A DNA stretch of 64,000 nt from the NCBI RefSeq assembly GCF_035084215.1, contig NC_090344.1, positions 52,948,001 through 53,012,000 of the forward strand. Reading direction: 5' to 3'. Source of the stretch: Heptranchias perlo (Eukaryota). The notes beneath the pieces were generated by a model. It was not told the origin of the DNA, made no database searches, and was given only the letters and a program-made list of their open reading frames with translations. The translations under genes were made by a program, and so were the position numbers. This document shows, in pieces, positions 1 to 11,100 of this stretch. Position 1 is the stretch's first letter; the number at the start of each line of letters is the position of its first letter.

Positions 1-159
1 CTAGAATCCCCAACCAGTGGAAATAGTTTCTCTCTATCCACCCTATCTATTCCCCTTAATATCTTATAAACTTCAATCAGATCACCCCTTAACCTTCGAA
101 ACTTTAGAGAATACAACCCCAATTTGTGTAATCTCTCCTCGTAACTTAACCCTTGAAGT

Positions 160-650
160 AAGGGGAACAGATAGGGTGGATAGAGAGAAACTATTTCCAC
201 TGGTTGAGGATTCTAGGAGCAGGGGGCACAGTCTAAAAATTAGAGCCAGACCTTTCAGGAGTGAGATTAGAAAACATTTCTACACACAAAGGGTGGTAGA
301 AGTTTGGAACTCTCTTCCGCAAACGGCAATTGATGCTAGCTCAATTGCTAAATTTAAATCTGAGATAGATAGCTTTTTGGCAACCAAAGGTATTTTTTTA
401 AAAATTTTTTTTATTCGTTCATGGGATGTGGGCGTTGCTGGCAAGGCCGGCATTTATTGCCCATCCCTAATTGCCCTCGAGAAGGTGGTGGTGAGCCGCC
501 TTCTTGAACCGCTGCAGTCCGTGTGGTGACGGTTAAGGAATATGGGCCACAGGCAGGTATATGGAGTTAGATCACAGATCAGCCATGATCTTATCAAATG
601 GCAGAGCAGGCACGAGGGGCTGAATGGCCTACTCCTGTCCCTATGTTCCT
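160..650 (+). mobile_element. 5'-truncated CR1 3' end inserted antisense into the same family
   Basis: DRVDREKLFPL..RGHSLKI..FYTQRVV C-terminal motif, 3' cctatgttcct tail, aagt at both junctions. Confidence 0.85.
393..533 (-). mobile_element. 3' fragment of the tRNA-headed LINE family
   Basis: Reverse complement matches 11270-11400 (cggactgcagcggttcaagaagg...gcccacatcc...gaacgaat + A-rich tail). Confidence 0.9.
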
Positions 651-3648
651 AAGTCCGGGTATCACTCTAGTAAACCTACACTGCACTCCCTCCAAGGCCA
701 ATATGTCCTTCCGAAGGTGCGGTGCCCAGAACTGCTCACAGTACTCCAGGTGCGGTCTAACCAGGGTTTTGTATAGCTGCAGCATAACTTCTGCCCCCTT
801 GTACTCCAGTCCTCTGGATATAAAGGCCAGCATTCCATTAGCCTTATTGATTATTTTCTGCACCTGTTCATGACACTTCAATGATCTATGTACCTGAACC
901 CCTAAGTCCCTTTGGATATCGACTATTTTTAACTTTTTACCATTTAGAAAGTACCCTGTTCTCTCCTTTTTTGATCCAAAGTGGATGACCTCACATTTGT
1001 CTACATTGAATTCCATTTGCCACAGTTTTGCCCATTCACCTAATCTATCAATATCGCTTTGTAATTTCATGTTTTCATCTACACTGCCTACAATGCCACC
1101 AATCTTTGTGTCATCGGCAAACTTAGATATGAGACTTTCTATGCCTTCATCTAAGTTGTTAATAAATATTGTGAATAATTGAGGCCCCAAGACAGATCCC
1201 TGCGGGACTCCACTAGTCACATCCTGCCAATGTGAGTACCTACCCATTATCCCTGCTCTCTGTCGCCTTTCGCTCAGCCAACTTCCCAACCAAGTCCGTA
1301 CTTTTCCCTCGATTCCATGGGCTTCTATCTTAGCTAACAGTCTCTTATGTGGAACTTTATCAATTGCCTTCTGGAAGTCCATATAAATAACATCCATTGA
1401 CATTCCCCTGTCCACTACTTTCGTCACCTCTTCAAAAAATTCAATCAGGTTTGTCAGGCACGACCTACCTTTCACAAATCCATGCTGGCTCTCTCTGATT
1501 AACTGAAAATTCTCGAGGTGTTCAGTCACCCTATCCTTAATTATAGACTCCAGCATTTTCCCCACAACAGATGTTAGGCTAACTGGTCTATAATTCCCTG
1601 GTTTCCCTCTCCTTTCTTAAAAAGCAGAGTGACATGTGCAATTTTCCAATCCAGAGGGACGGTTCCTGAATCTAGAGAACTTTGAAAGATTATAGTTAGG
1701 GCCTCTGCAATGTGCTCACCTACTTCCTTTAAAACCCTGGGATGGAAACCATCTGGTCCTGGGGATTTGTCACTCTTTAGTGCTATTATTTTCTTTGTTA
1801 CTGTTGCTTTACTTATGTTAATTTTATTGAGTCCCTGTCCCCGATTCAATATTAGTTTTCTTGGGATTTCCGGCACGCTATCCTCTTTTTCGACTGTAAA
1901 TACTGACGCAAAGTAATTGTTCAACATGTCCGCCATTTCCCCATTGTCAATGACAATATCCCCACTTTCAGTTTTTAAGGGGCCAACACTGCTCCTGATA
2001 AACCAGTCACTATAGCATAACACGTCTGGTGCCTAAGACAAAGTGCTGGTCTGGAGTCCTTCATCATGCACAAGGAACCAGCCACATCCCAGCTCTGTTC
2101 AGTAGCACCGAGCAACGAATAAAACCACCCAGGGGGTTGCAGCACCAGCCTGACTGGCCAATCAACACCAGTCTGACTGGATAACTGTTTGGGAATAAGG
2201 GCCAAGAAACCTCGTCAAGCCAGATATTGGAATGTTAGCCCGGGAGAACCAGGCGAGATGGCAGCCAGTACCATGTAAATAATGATTGGAGACACAGGGA
2301 AATAAACATTGCGCTGCCTTTATTGTGTTTCGATAAATGCGTGGCCGATGTGACCAATTTACACATCTGACCCCTTCATACAGGTTAGGGCTCAGATTAC
2401 AGGCTGCATCTTTTCATGATTTAAGGCCCATAGAGTATTTGTATTTTGTTAGTCCATTTATTTGACGTTTGTTAAATTCTAATTCACCTGGCTCCACTCT
2501 ATCAGTTACAACGTGGCTAAAATGCAGGTGGTTAGAAATTATATTTATGGGCGATGTTGAATGTGAAATTGGATTCCGTCTGTACACTGGGTGTTGAGAT
2601 ACTGAGTCATGGACTCATTGGGACACTCTCTTGGACTGTCTTGTCCATCAGGAGCTGCATCTTTTATAATAACAGGTTGACTTCATCTGTGTCCAGGGTG
2701 TCCAAACTCTGGTGCGTGGAATTGAATGCAGTTATAACCCCTGTGGGGCCCCCAGTTCTATTTGCATTCCCTCACTGGTTTGTCCTGTTTGAATTTTGTG
2801 GGCCCAGAGGTTTGGGAAGGGCTGTTCTTGGCACTATCTCATCGATGGATAAATCCTAAATCCAAACACCAAGATCTCCCCTGAATGCCTTCCAATTGTT
2901 CATCCTAAGGTTCTAACAGGACACCCTGTATACTCTTCCTCATCTCAATCTCCACTGCCTTGAAATCATGCATCCTTACAACTACCCAACTCTTATTTTC
3001 CCATGACATTAGAAATGTGGAACTCCTCACCTCCCTCAATCTTCCCTCCAATCTACAGGATTTGAAAACCTAATCACCACTCCCTGATTAACATCAGCTT
3101 CTCCCCTACGCGCTTTAAAATTGGTGATGAGCTTTGGCCCTTCACCTTGATTTCTCATTAAAAAAGTTGTTGGGCCAAAGCAGAAGGACTATCTTACCCT
3201 ACACCCTGCTCCAAGGGGTGATTATCGCTGTAATGCTCTTTCCAGTTTCCATGGAACAATGTTTACAGGACTATGAATGAATGGGGTTCTTTGCACAATC
3301 CGATCATATGGGGTTTCACTGGCATAAAGATTTCTGTACAGTGTAAGATGGGTACGTGAAATGTTCACATGTCCACTTGAACCGTCAAAAGCACCCAGCA
3401 GAACAATTCTGGACTGTGTCCTTCCAAACTTGGGCTGTGAGCGTTCTAAGGCTGGGGTGAAGTACTGAAGTAATCTGAGGGGTTGAATTAAGAGCATCAC
3501 ACAAGAGTATATTCACTCAGCTTTAAAGTGTATTGGCGTTAGTGTGAATCTCCTTTTGCACGCTGGTCTGGTCAATAAGAGAAAATGACTGAACAGACTG
3601 TTACCATGACAACACACATGGCGGTGCATTTTGCCAATATGAAGAGTG

Positions 3649-4578
3649 CTAAGATTTCTCTTTGTTATGCATGCGCTGATGGACCGCGAGGGCTGACGAC
3701 TGGGTGAAGGACTTTGCGCACCGAGAACACCTGTACGGCTTGTCCCTCGTGTGAACACGCTGATGTTTAAAGGAATCTGACGAGGTGTTAAAGGTCTTTT
3801 CGCAGTGAGGACACTTATAAGGCTTCTCCCCTGTGTGAATCCGCTGGTGAACAGTCAGATATTGAGAATAAGTGAATGTCTTGTCACAATAGCAACACTT
3901 AAAAGGCCTTGCGCCTGTATGAATGCGCTCATGGGCTGTAAGAGAGGATAAAACAGTAAAAGTATTCTTACAATAGGAACACTTGAAGGGTTTGTCTCCC
4001 GTGTGGATGCGTTGGTGAAGGGTGAGGCATCGTGATTGTTTAAAGGTCTTTTCACAATATGAGCATTTAAAGGGACTCTCCTCCGTGTGACTACGTTGGT
4101 GTTTCAAGCAGTCTGAGGAGGTGGAAAAGGTCTTCTGACAGTCGGAGCACTTATAAGGCTTCTCCCCCGTGTGAATTCGCTGGTGGACTGTGAGATGCCA
4201 GGAATGAGTGAACGTCTTCTGACAGTGCGAGCATCTGAACGGCTTCTCGCCTGTGTGGATCCGCTGATGTTTCAGTAAGTAGGAAGATGTGGAAAAAGCC
4301 TTGCCGCAATCCAGGCACTTGTAAGGTTTCTCTCCTGTGTGGATTCGCTGATGGACTGTGAGCGAGGAGGACTGGGTGAAGCTTTTTCCACAATCAACGC
4401 ACTTGTACGGCCTCTCCCCAGTGTGATTGCGCTCATGTACTGTCAGAGACGAGGCCTGGGTGAATATCTTTTCGCAGTATGAGCATCGGTACAATTTCTT
4501 CCTGATGCAAATTTGGGGCTTTGGCAAGATGTGGCAGATGGAGGAGTTTGAATTCTGCTCTGTGCGCGGTTTCTCCAT
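3649..4578 (-). CDS. C2H2 zinc-finger protein, 10 tandem fingers, ~309 aa, single coding exon
   Basis: Ten CxxC-x12-HxxxH units with TGEKP-type linkers; minus-strand acceptor ttatttcacAG|ATTGAAGAGATG places the exon start at 4587 and ATG at 4578; intact frame. Confidence 0.9.
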   Translation of the reverse strand: MEKPRTEQNSNSSICHILPKPQICIRKKLYRCSYCEKIFTQASSLTVHERNHTGERPYKCVDCGKSFTQSSSLTVHQRIHTGEKPYKCLDCGKAFSTSSYLLKHQRIHTGEKPFRCSHCQKTFTHSWHLTVHQRIHTGEKPYKCSDCQKTFSTSSDCLKHQRSHTEESPFKCSYCEKTFKQSRCLTLHQRIHTGDKPFKCSYCKNTFTVLSSLTAHERIHTGARPFKCCYCDKTFTYSQYLTVHQRIHTGEKPYKCPHCEKTFNTSSDSFKHQRVHTRDKPYRCSRCAKSFTQSSALAVHQRMHNKEKS

Positions 4579-4704
4579 CTCTTCAATCTGTGAAATAATA
4601 ATTCGAATAATGAATATCCCAGTCAGTCCTTTGTTCATCAGTTAGCCTCTCTGCAATCAAGCCCATCTCTTCGTAAATCCATCATTGGACAGAGACTACT
4701 TTTG

Positions 4705-5342
4705 TACATTTACTAGAATGATTCCAGGGATGCGGGACTTTAGTTACATGGATAGACTGGAGAAGCTGGGGTTGTTCTCCTTGGAACAGTAAAGGTTGCG
4801 AGGAGATTTGATAGAGGTGTTCAAAATCATGAAGGGTCTTAGGGAATTAGGGGTTACGGGGAGTGGGCAGGAAATTGGACATGAATTTAGATTTGAGGTT
4901 AGGATCAGATCAGCCATGATCTTATTGAATGGTGGAGCAGGCTCGAAGGGCCGATTGGCCGACTCCTGCTCCTATTTCTTATGTTCTTATGTTCTAGACA
5001 GAGTAGATAGAGAGAAACTGTTCCCATTGGTGGAAGGGTCAGGAACCAGAGGACATAGATTTAAGGTGATTGGCAAAAGAACCAAAGGCGACATGAGGAA
5101 ATACTTTTTTACTCAGCAAGTAGTTATGATCTGGAATGCACTGCCCGAGGGGGTGGTGGAGGCAGATTCAATCATGGCCTTCAAAAGGGAATCGGATAAA
5201 TATTTAAAGGGAAAAAAATTGCAGGGCTACGGGGATAGGGTGGGGGAGTGGGACAAGCTGGATTGCTCTTGCATAGAGCCGGCATGGACTTAATGGGCCA
5301 AATGGCCTCCTTCCGTGCTGTAACCTTTCTATGATTCTATGA
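4705..5342 (+). mobile_element. CR1 3' fragment with a nested CR1-type 3' tail (~4840-4995)
   Basis: RGDLIEVFKIMKG / TRGHRFKV / FFTQ motifs; (ttctatga)n tail; inner piece ends ttcttatgttct. Confidence 0.85.
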
Positions 5343-5472
5343 GAGGTGAGTTTTGGTGTTTAATCTCAGAATGAGGTCTGGCTACAAACCCAATAGGTGA
5401 AATCTGGAGCTCAGTCCTTGAAATTAAAGGTAATTTGAAAGGCAACTCCCTCCAGTCCTGTTGCTAACTCAC

Positions 5473-5945
5473 CAGGAGGTGACGCTGTTCTGCTGTTACC
5501 CACTCCCCCAACTGAGCAGCTGGCCGCACGGTGCTGCAGTACCCTCACTCACCGAGGGGAGGCGCTGGCGGGCGCGGTGCTGCAGTACCCTCTCTAACCG
5601 AGGGGAGGCGCTGGCGGGCGCGGTGCTGCAGTACCCTCACTCACCGCGGGTGGCGGTGGCGCGGGAGGCCGGTTCGGGTCCTGCACTGGGCGGTGCTCGG
5701 GTCTGGCAGCAGCCGCTCTCTGAGGGTGGCGGTACGGGGCCGAGTGTTGAAATGTAGTTCCCGGCTTGATGTGTCGATCGTGCGTCCGGTCTCCGGTCTC
5801 CGGTCTCCGTCTCGCTCAATCCTGCCCCGCCACACTTTGTTTTAATCTCCCACAATACAACGGCCCTTCGGTGTGCACATGCGCAGCTGATAGCTGACGG
5901 AATTGGTGATGTGCGCATGCGTGACTGGCGACAACCCCTGCGTGT
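5473..5945 (-). promoter_or_regulatory. CpG-rich promoter / 5' noncoding exon(s) of the minus-strand ZNF gene
   Basis: High CpG density; NRF1-type gtgcgcatgcg at 5911-5921; GGGAACTACA (ZNF143/THAP11-like) on - at ~5753-5762; minus-strand GTGAGT donor at 5467-5472. Confidence 0.65.
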
Positions 5946-5974
5946 GATGAAGGAGCTGGAACCCCAGTGAGAAA

Positions 5975-6475
5975 GACTTGCGTTTATATAGCGCCTTTCA
6001 CGACCCAAAGCGCTTTACAGCCAATGAAGGCCAAGTGCAGGCAATTGGGACCAGCTTAGTGGTATAAACTGGGCGACATGGACATGTTGGGCCGAAGGGC
6101 CTGTTTCAATGTTGTGAACTTCTATGATTCTATGATTCTATGAAGTACTTTTTGAAGTGTAGTCACTGTTGTCATGTCGAAGACGTAGCAGTGAATTTGC
6201 GCACAGTAAGATCCCACAAACAGCAATGTGGCAATGGCCAGATAATCTGTTTAGTGATGTTGGTTGAGGGATAAATATTGGCCAGGACACCGGGGAGAGC
6301 TCCCCTGCTCTTCTTTGAACTAATGCCATGGGTATTTTCCGTCCAACTGAGAGGACAATCGGACCCTCTGTTTAACGTTGCATCCGAAATATGGCACCTC
6401 CGACAGTGCAGCACTCCCTCAGAACTGCACTGGAGTGTCAGCCTGGATATTTGTGGTCAAGCCTCCAGAGTGGGA
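5975..6475 (-). mobile_element. DeuSINE (SacSINE1-like), interrupted by a CR1 3' tail (~6030-6143)
   Basis: Reverse-complement similarity to the SINE at 15865-17120; atgaag duplicated around the inner insertion. Confidence 0.8.
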
Positions 6476-6489
6476 TAATAACAATTGGC

Positions 6490-6690
6490 ACAACAACTTG
6501 CATTGATACAGCGCCTTTAACATACACCAAGCCAAAGAAGGAGACATTAGGGCAGGTGAATAACAGCTTGGTTTAATAGATAAGTTTTAAGCAGCATCTT
6601 AAAGGAGGAGAAAGAGGTGGAGAGGTTTAGGGAGGGAATTCCAGAGCTTTGGGCCTAGACAGTTGAAGGCACAACCACCAGCAGCAAAGC
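6490..6690 (-). mobile_element. L2-like LINE 3' remnant
   Basis: Reverse-complement similarity to 11790-11970 (ggaattccctccctaaac..tccac) and to the SINE 3' tail. Confidence 0.5.
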
Positions 6691-7559
6691 AATCAGAAGC
6701 CAGCCTGCCTCACGGGAAATGGCGCTGCCCGCCTACCAAACTAAACATGAACATTTTGACGCTCCGCAACCGAACTGTTCTCCCCACCGATGCTGCCTGG
6801 CCTGTTTGTGTGTTGCCACCATTTTTTGTTTTTGTTTCAGATTTTCAGCATTGTTAATTTTTGCTTGTTGTTTGTGGAAATCTATCAGCTCATTACACAA
6901 TAATTGTGAAATCAGAGTTGATGAAGCATTCGATATCCTGCAATGCCCACCAGTCACGGAGAGTTTCTAGTGAACCAGTTGTCACTATGTGCTCAGTATT
7001 GCATAAATATCTAAAATAGTGTAGTGACTTTAGTTCTGTATTTAAAACCTAAATAAACATGCTGTGACGAATATAATAGAATCCTATTTGAGATTAAAAG
7101 ATCTGTGCACAGTGGAATTTTTCTGAAATAAAAACTGGAAATGCACAGCAGATGATCACATCGAAAAGAAGCAAAATGGTTACAGCTCTGGATAATTTTG
7201 ACCAAGGATCAGTTTGAAATGTTAACTTTTTAGTCGCTGTGTTGGAGGCAAAAAGAAAAGCTGAGAACGTTGGAAATAAAACAGAAAATGCTTGATATGG
7301 AGCATCTGAAACAGAAACATTGATTAATATTTTGGGTGGACCAAACGTTTTGACGAAGATTAAACTACCTTGCCTTTCAAAATGATTGTGAACCAGTTTC
7401 TGTTTTTATTTGCGTTATGATTTTCCGGAGTTTCTTACATAAACTGATGGGGTTAGATGAAGAAAGGTGGGGGGAGGCTCGTGTGGAGCGTAACCCCCGG
7501 CACAGCCCAGTCGGGCCGAATGGCCTGTTTCTGTGCTGGACTTTCTGCGCAATTCTCAG

Positions 7560-7770
7560 CACTTCCGCATGGCCGCTCCCAGCCCCACAATTCATAGCGG
7601 CGAAGAAAGCGCCCTGGCGGCGAGACCGGCGGGCACGCGCATGCGCGGCCCGTTGCGAGGCGACGCCATGAGCCGGTGAGGAGGCCGCTGCTCGTTAACT
7701 GGTGAGAGCGGAGTGATCGGATCGACCTTCAGCCGGTCGGCACCTCACAGACCTCGGGCTCCCGGTGAGT
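7560..7770 (+). promoter_or_regulatory. CpG-rich promoter / first exon of the plus-strand ZNF gene
   Basis: CpG cluster, perfect NRF1 palindrome gcgcatgcgc at 7637-7646, candidate donors ctg|gtgaga (~7702) and ccg|gtgagt (7765). Confidence 0.65.
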
Positions 7771-8061
7771 GGGGTCAGGGAGCTGGAGTTTAGGGGCCGC
7801 CCTGCCCATGAAGCCGGCTCAGGGGTCAGCTCCAGGCCTGTACCTGGGGTCACTCACTCTGGGAGCTCCCTCACCAGGGCGCCTTGGCCCAGGAGCAGCC
7901 CTTGGCCCAGGAGCAGCCCTTGGCCCAGGAGCAGCACTCTCCCCTCAGGGTCTTCATCCCTCAACCAACATCACCCACACACATTATCTGGTCATTTATC
8001 TCATTGCTGTTTGTGGGATCTTGCTGTGCGCGATTTGGCTGCTGTGTTTCCTACATTTAAT

Positions 8062-8150
8062 GGGTACGGTAGCATAGTGGTTATGTTACTGGACTAGTAA
8101 TCCAGAGACCTGGACTAAAATCCAGAATCATGAGTTCAAATCCCGCCACG
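8062..8150 (+). promoter_or_regulatory. tRNA-Thr(AGU)-like internal Pol III promoter at the LINE 5' end
   Basis: A box tagcatagtgg 8070-8080; anticodon-like arm ctgga-ctAGTaa-tccag 8089-8105; second similar arm 8110-8125; B box gagttcaaatc 8132-8142. Confidence 0.8.
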
Positions 8151-11100
8151 GCAGCTGGCGAATTTAAATTCAAATAATTAATTAAATTCAATTAATTAAA
8201 TATAAATCTGGAATTAAAATACTAGTATCAGTAATGATGGCCATGAAACTGCCGGATTGTCGTAAAAACCCATCTGGTTCACTAATGTCCTTTAGGGAAG
8301 GAAGCCTGCCGCCCTTACCCGGTCTGGCCTATATGTGACTCCAGACCCACAGCAATGTGGTTGATTCTTAATTGCCCTCTGAAATGGCCTAGCAAGCCAC
8401 TCAGTTGTAAAATCTCGCTACGAAAAGTCATAATAAGAATAAAACCGGACGGACCACCCGGCATCGGACCACTAGGCACCGGACACGACAACGGCAAAAC
8501 ACCAAGCCCAGTCGACCCTGCAAGGTCCTCCTTACTAACATCTGGGGACTTGTGCCAAAATTGGGAGAGCTGTCCCACAGACTAGTCAAGCAACAGCCTG
8601 ACATAGCCATACTCACAGAATCATACCTTTCAGCCAACGTCCCAGACTCTTCCATCACCATCCCTGGGTATGTCCTGTCCCACCGGCAGGACAGACCCAC
8701 CAGAGGTGGTGGTACAGTGATATACAGTCAGGAGGGAGTGGCCCTGGGAGTCCTCAGCATTGACTCTGGACCCCATGAAATCTCATGGCATCAGGTCAAA
8801 CATGGGCAAGGCAACCTCCTGCTGATTACCACCTACCGTCCTCCCTCAGCTGATGAATCAGTCCTCCTCCACGTTGAGCACCACTTGGAGGAAGCACTGA
8901 GGGTAGCAAGGGCACAAAATGTACTCTGGGTGGGGGACTTCAATGTCCATCACCAAGAGTGGCTCGGTAGCACCACTACTGACCGAGCTGGCCGAGTCCT
9001 GAAGGACATAGCTGCTAGACTGGGCCTGCGGCAGGTGGTGAGCGAACCAACACGAGGGAAAAACTTACTTGACCTCGTCCTCACCAATCTACCTGTCGCA
9101 AATGCATCTGTCCATGACAGTATTGGTAGGAGTGACCACCGCACAGTCCTCGTGGAGATGAAGTCCCGTCTTCGCACTGAGGACACCATCCAACGTGTTG
9201 TGTGGCACGACCACCGTGCTAAATGGGATAGATTCAGAACAGATCTAGCAGCTCAAAACTGGGCATCCATGAGGCGCTGTGGGCCATCAGCAGCAGCAGA
9301 ATTGTATTCCAGCACAATCTGTAACCTCATGGCCCGGCATATTCCTCACTCTACCATTACCAACAAGCCAGGGGATCAACCCTGGTTCAATGAGGAGTGT
9401 AGAAGAGCATGCCAGGAGCAGCACCAGGCGTACCGAAAAATGAGGTGCCAACCTGGTGAAGCTACAACTCAGGACGACATGCATGCTAAACAGTGGAAGC
9501 AACATGCTATAGACAGAGCTAAGCGATTCCACAACCAACGGATCAGATCAAAGCTCTGCAGTCCTGCCACATCCAGTCGTGAATGGTGGTGGACAATTAA
9601 ACAACTAACGGGAGGAGGAGGCTCTGCAAACATCCCCATCCTCAATGATGGCGGAGTCCAGCATGTGAGTGCAAAAGACAAGGCTGAAGCATTTGCAACC
9701 ATCTTCAGCCAGAAGTGCCGAGTGGATGATCCATCTCGGCCTCCTCCCGATATCCCCACCATCACGGAAGCCAGTCTTCGGCCAATTCGATTCACTCCAC
9801 GTGATATCAAGAAACGGCTGAGTGCACTGGATACAGCAAAGGCTATGGGCCCCGACAACATCCCAGCTGTAGTGCTGAAGTCTTGTGCTCCAGAACTAGC
9901 TGCGCCTCTCGCCAAGCTGTTCCAGTACAGCTACAACACTGGCATCTACCCGACAATGTGGAAAATTGCCCAGGTATGTCCTGTCCACAAAAAGCAGGAC
10001 AAATCCAATCCGGCCAATTACCGCCCCATCAGTCTACTCTCAATCATCAGCAAAGTGATGGAAGGTGTCGTCGACAGTGCTATCAAGCGGCACTTACTCA
10101 CCAATAACCTGCTCACCGATGCTCAGTTTGGGTTCCGCCAGGACCACTCGGCTCCAGACCTCATTACAGCCCTGGTCCAAACATTGACAAAAGAGCTGAA
10201 TTCCAGAAGTGAGGTGAGAGTGACTGCCCTTGACATCAAGGCAGCATTTGACCGAGTGTGGCACCAAGGAGCCCTAGTAAAATTGAAGTCAATGTAAATC
10301 AGGGGGAAAACTCTCCAGTGGCTGGAGTCATACCTAGCACAAAGGAAGATGGTAGTGGTTGTTGGAGGCCAATCATCTCAGCCCCAGGACATTGCTGCAG
10401 GAGTTCCTCAGGGCAGTGTCCGAGGCCCAACCATCTTCAGCTGCTTCATCAATTACCTTCCCTCCATCATAAGGTCAGAAATGGGGATGTTCGCTGATGA
10501 CTGCACAGTGTTCAGTTCCATTCGCAACCCCTCAAATAATGAAGCAGTCTGAGCCCACATGCAGCAAGACCTGGACAACATCCAGGCTTGGGCTCATAAG
10601 TGGCAAGTAACATTCGCGCCAGACAAGTGCCAGGCAATGACCATCTCCAACAAGAGAGAGTCTAACCACCTCCCCTTGACATTCAACGGCATTACCATCG
10701 CCGAATCCCCCACCATCAACATCCTGGGGGTCACCATTGACCAGAAACTTAACTGGACCAGCCATATAAATACTGTGGCTACGAGAGCAGGTCAGAGGCT
10801 GGGTATTCTGCGGCGAGTGACTCACCTCCTGACTCCCCAAAGCCTTTCCACCATCTACAAGGCACAAGTCAGGAGTGTGATGGAATACTCTCCACTTGCC
10901 TGGATGAGTGCAGCTCCAACAACACTCAAGAAGCTCGACACCATCCAAGATAAAGCAGCCCGCTTGATTGGCACCCCATCCACCACCCTAAACATTCACT
11001 CCCTTCACCACCGGCGCACTGTGGCTGCAGTGTGCACCATCCACAGAATGCACTGCAGCAACTCGCCAAGGCTTCTTCGACAGCACCTCCCAAACCCGCG

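Larger units (their letters stand above)
1..2005 (-). mobile_element. CR1 (HER1-like) LINE ORF2 fragment, frameshifted, interrupted at ~160-650 by an antisense copy
   Basis: ORFs 594..1565 and 1574..2023 give [33 protein letters not shown] and LVRPHLEYC RT motifs; 1-159 continues the same minus-strand element. Confidence 0.93.

Noticed and set aside
4579-4638. N-terminal 20 aa of the ORF-track ZNF protein
   Set aside because: Spans a good splice acceptor at 4588; probably intronic/UTR
7668-7679. ATG in the first exon of the plus-strand ZNF as coding start
   Set aside because: ATG AGC CGG TGA stops at once unless spliced; no evidence for a coding extension
7883-7938. 18-bp repeat (ccttggcccaggagcagc x3)
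   Set aside because: Ordinary short tandem repeat with no evident function
8062-8150. Bona fide tRNA gene
   Set aside because: No proper acceptor stem, extra arm, no downstream T terminator, always fused to the LINE
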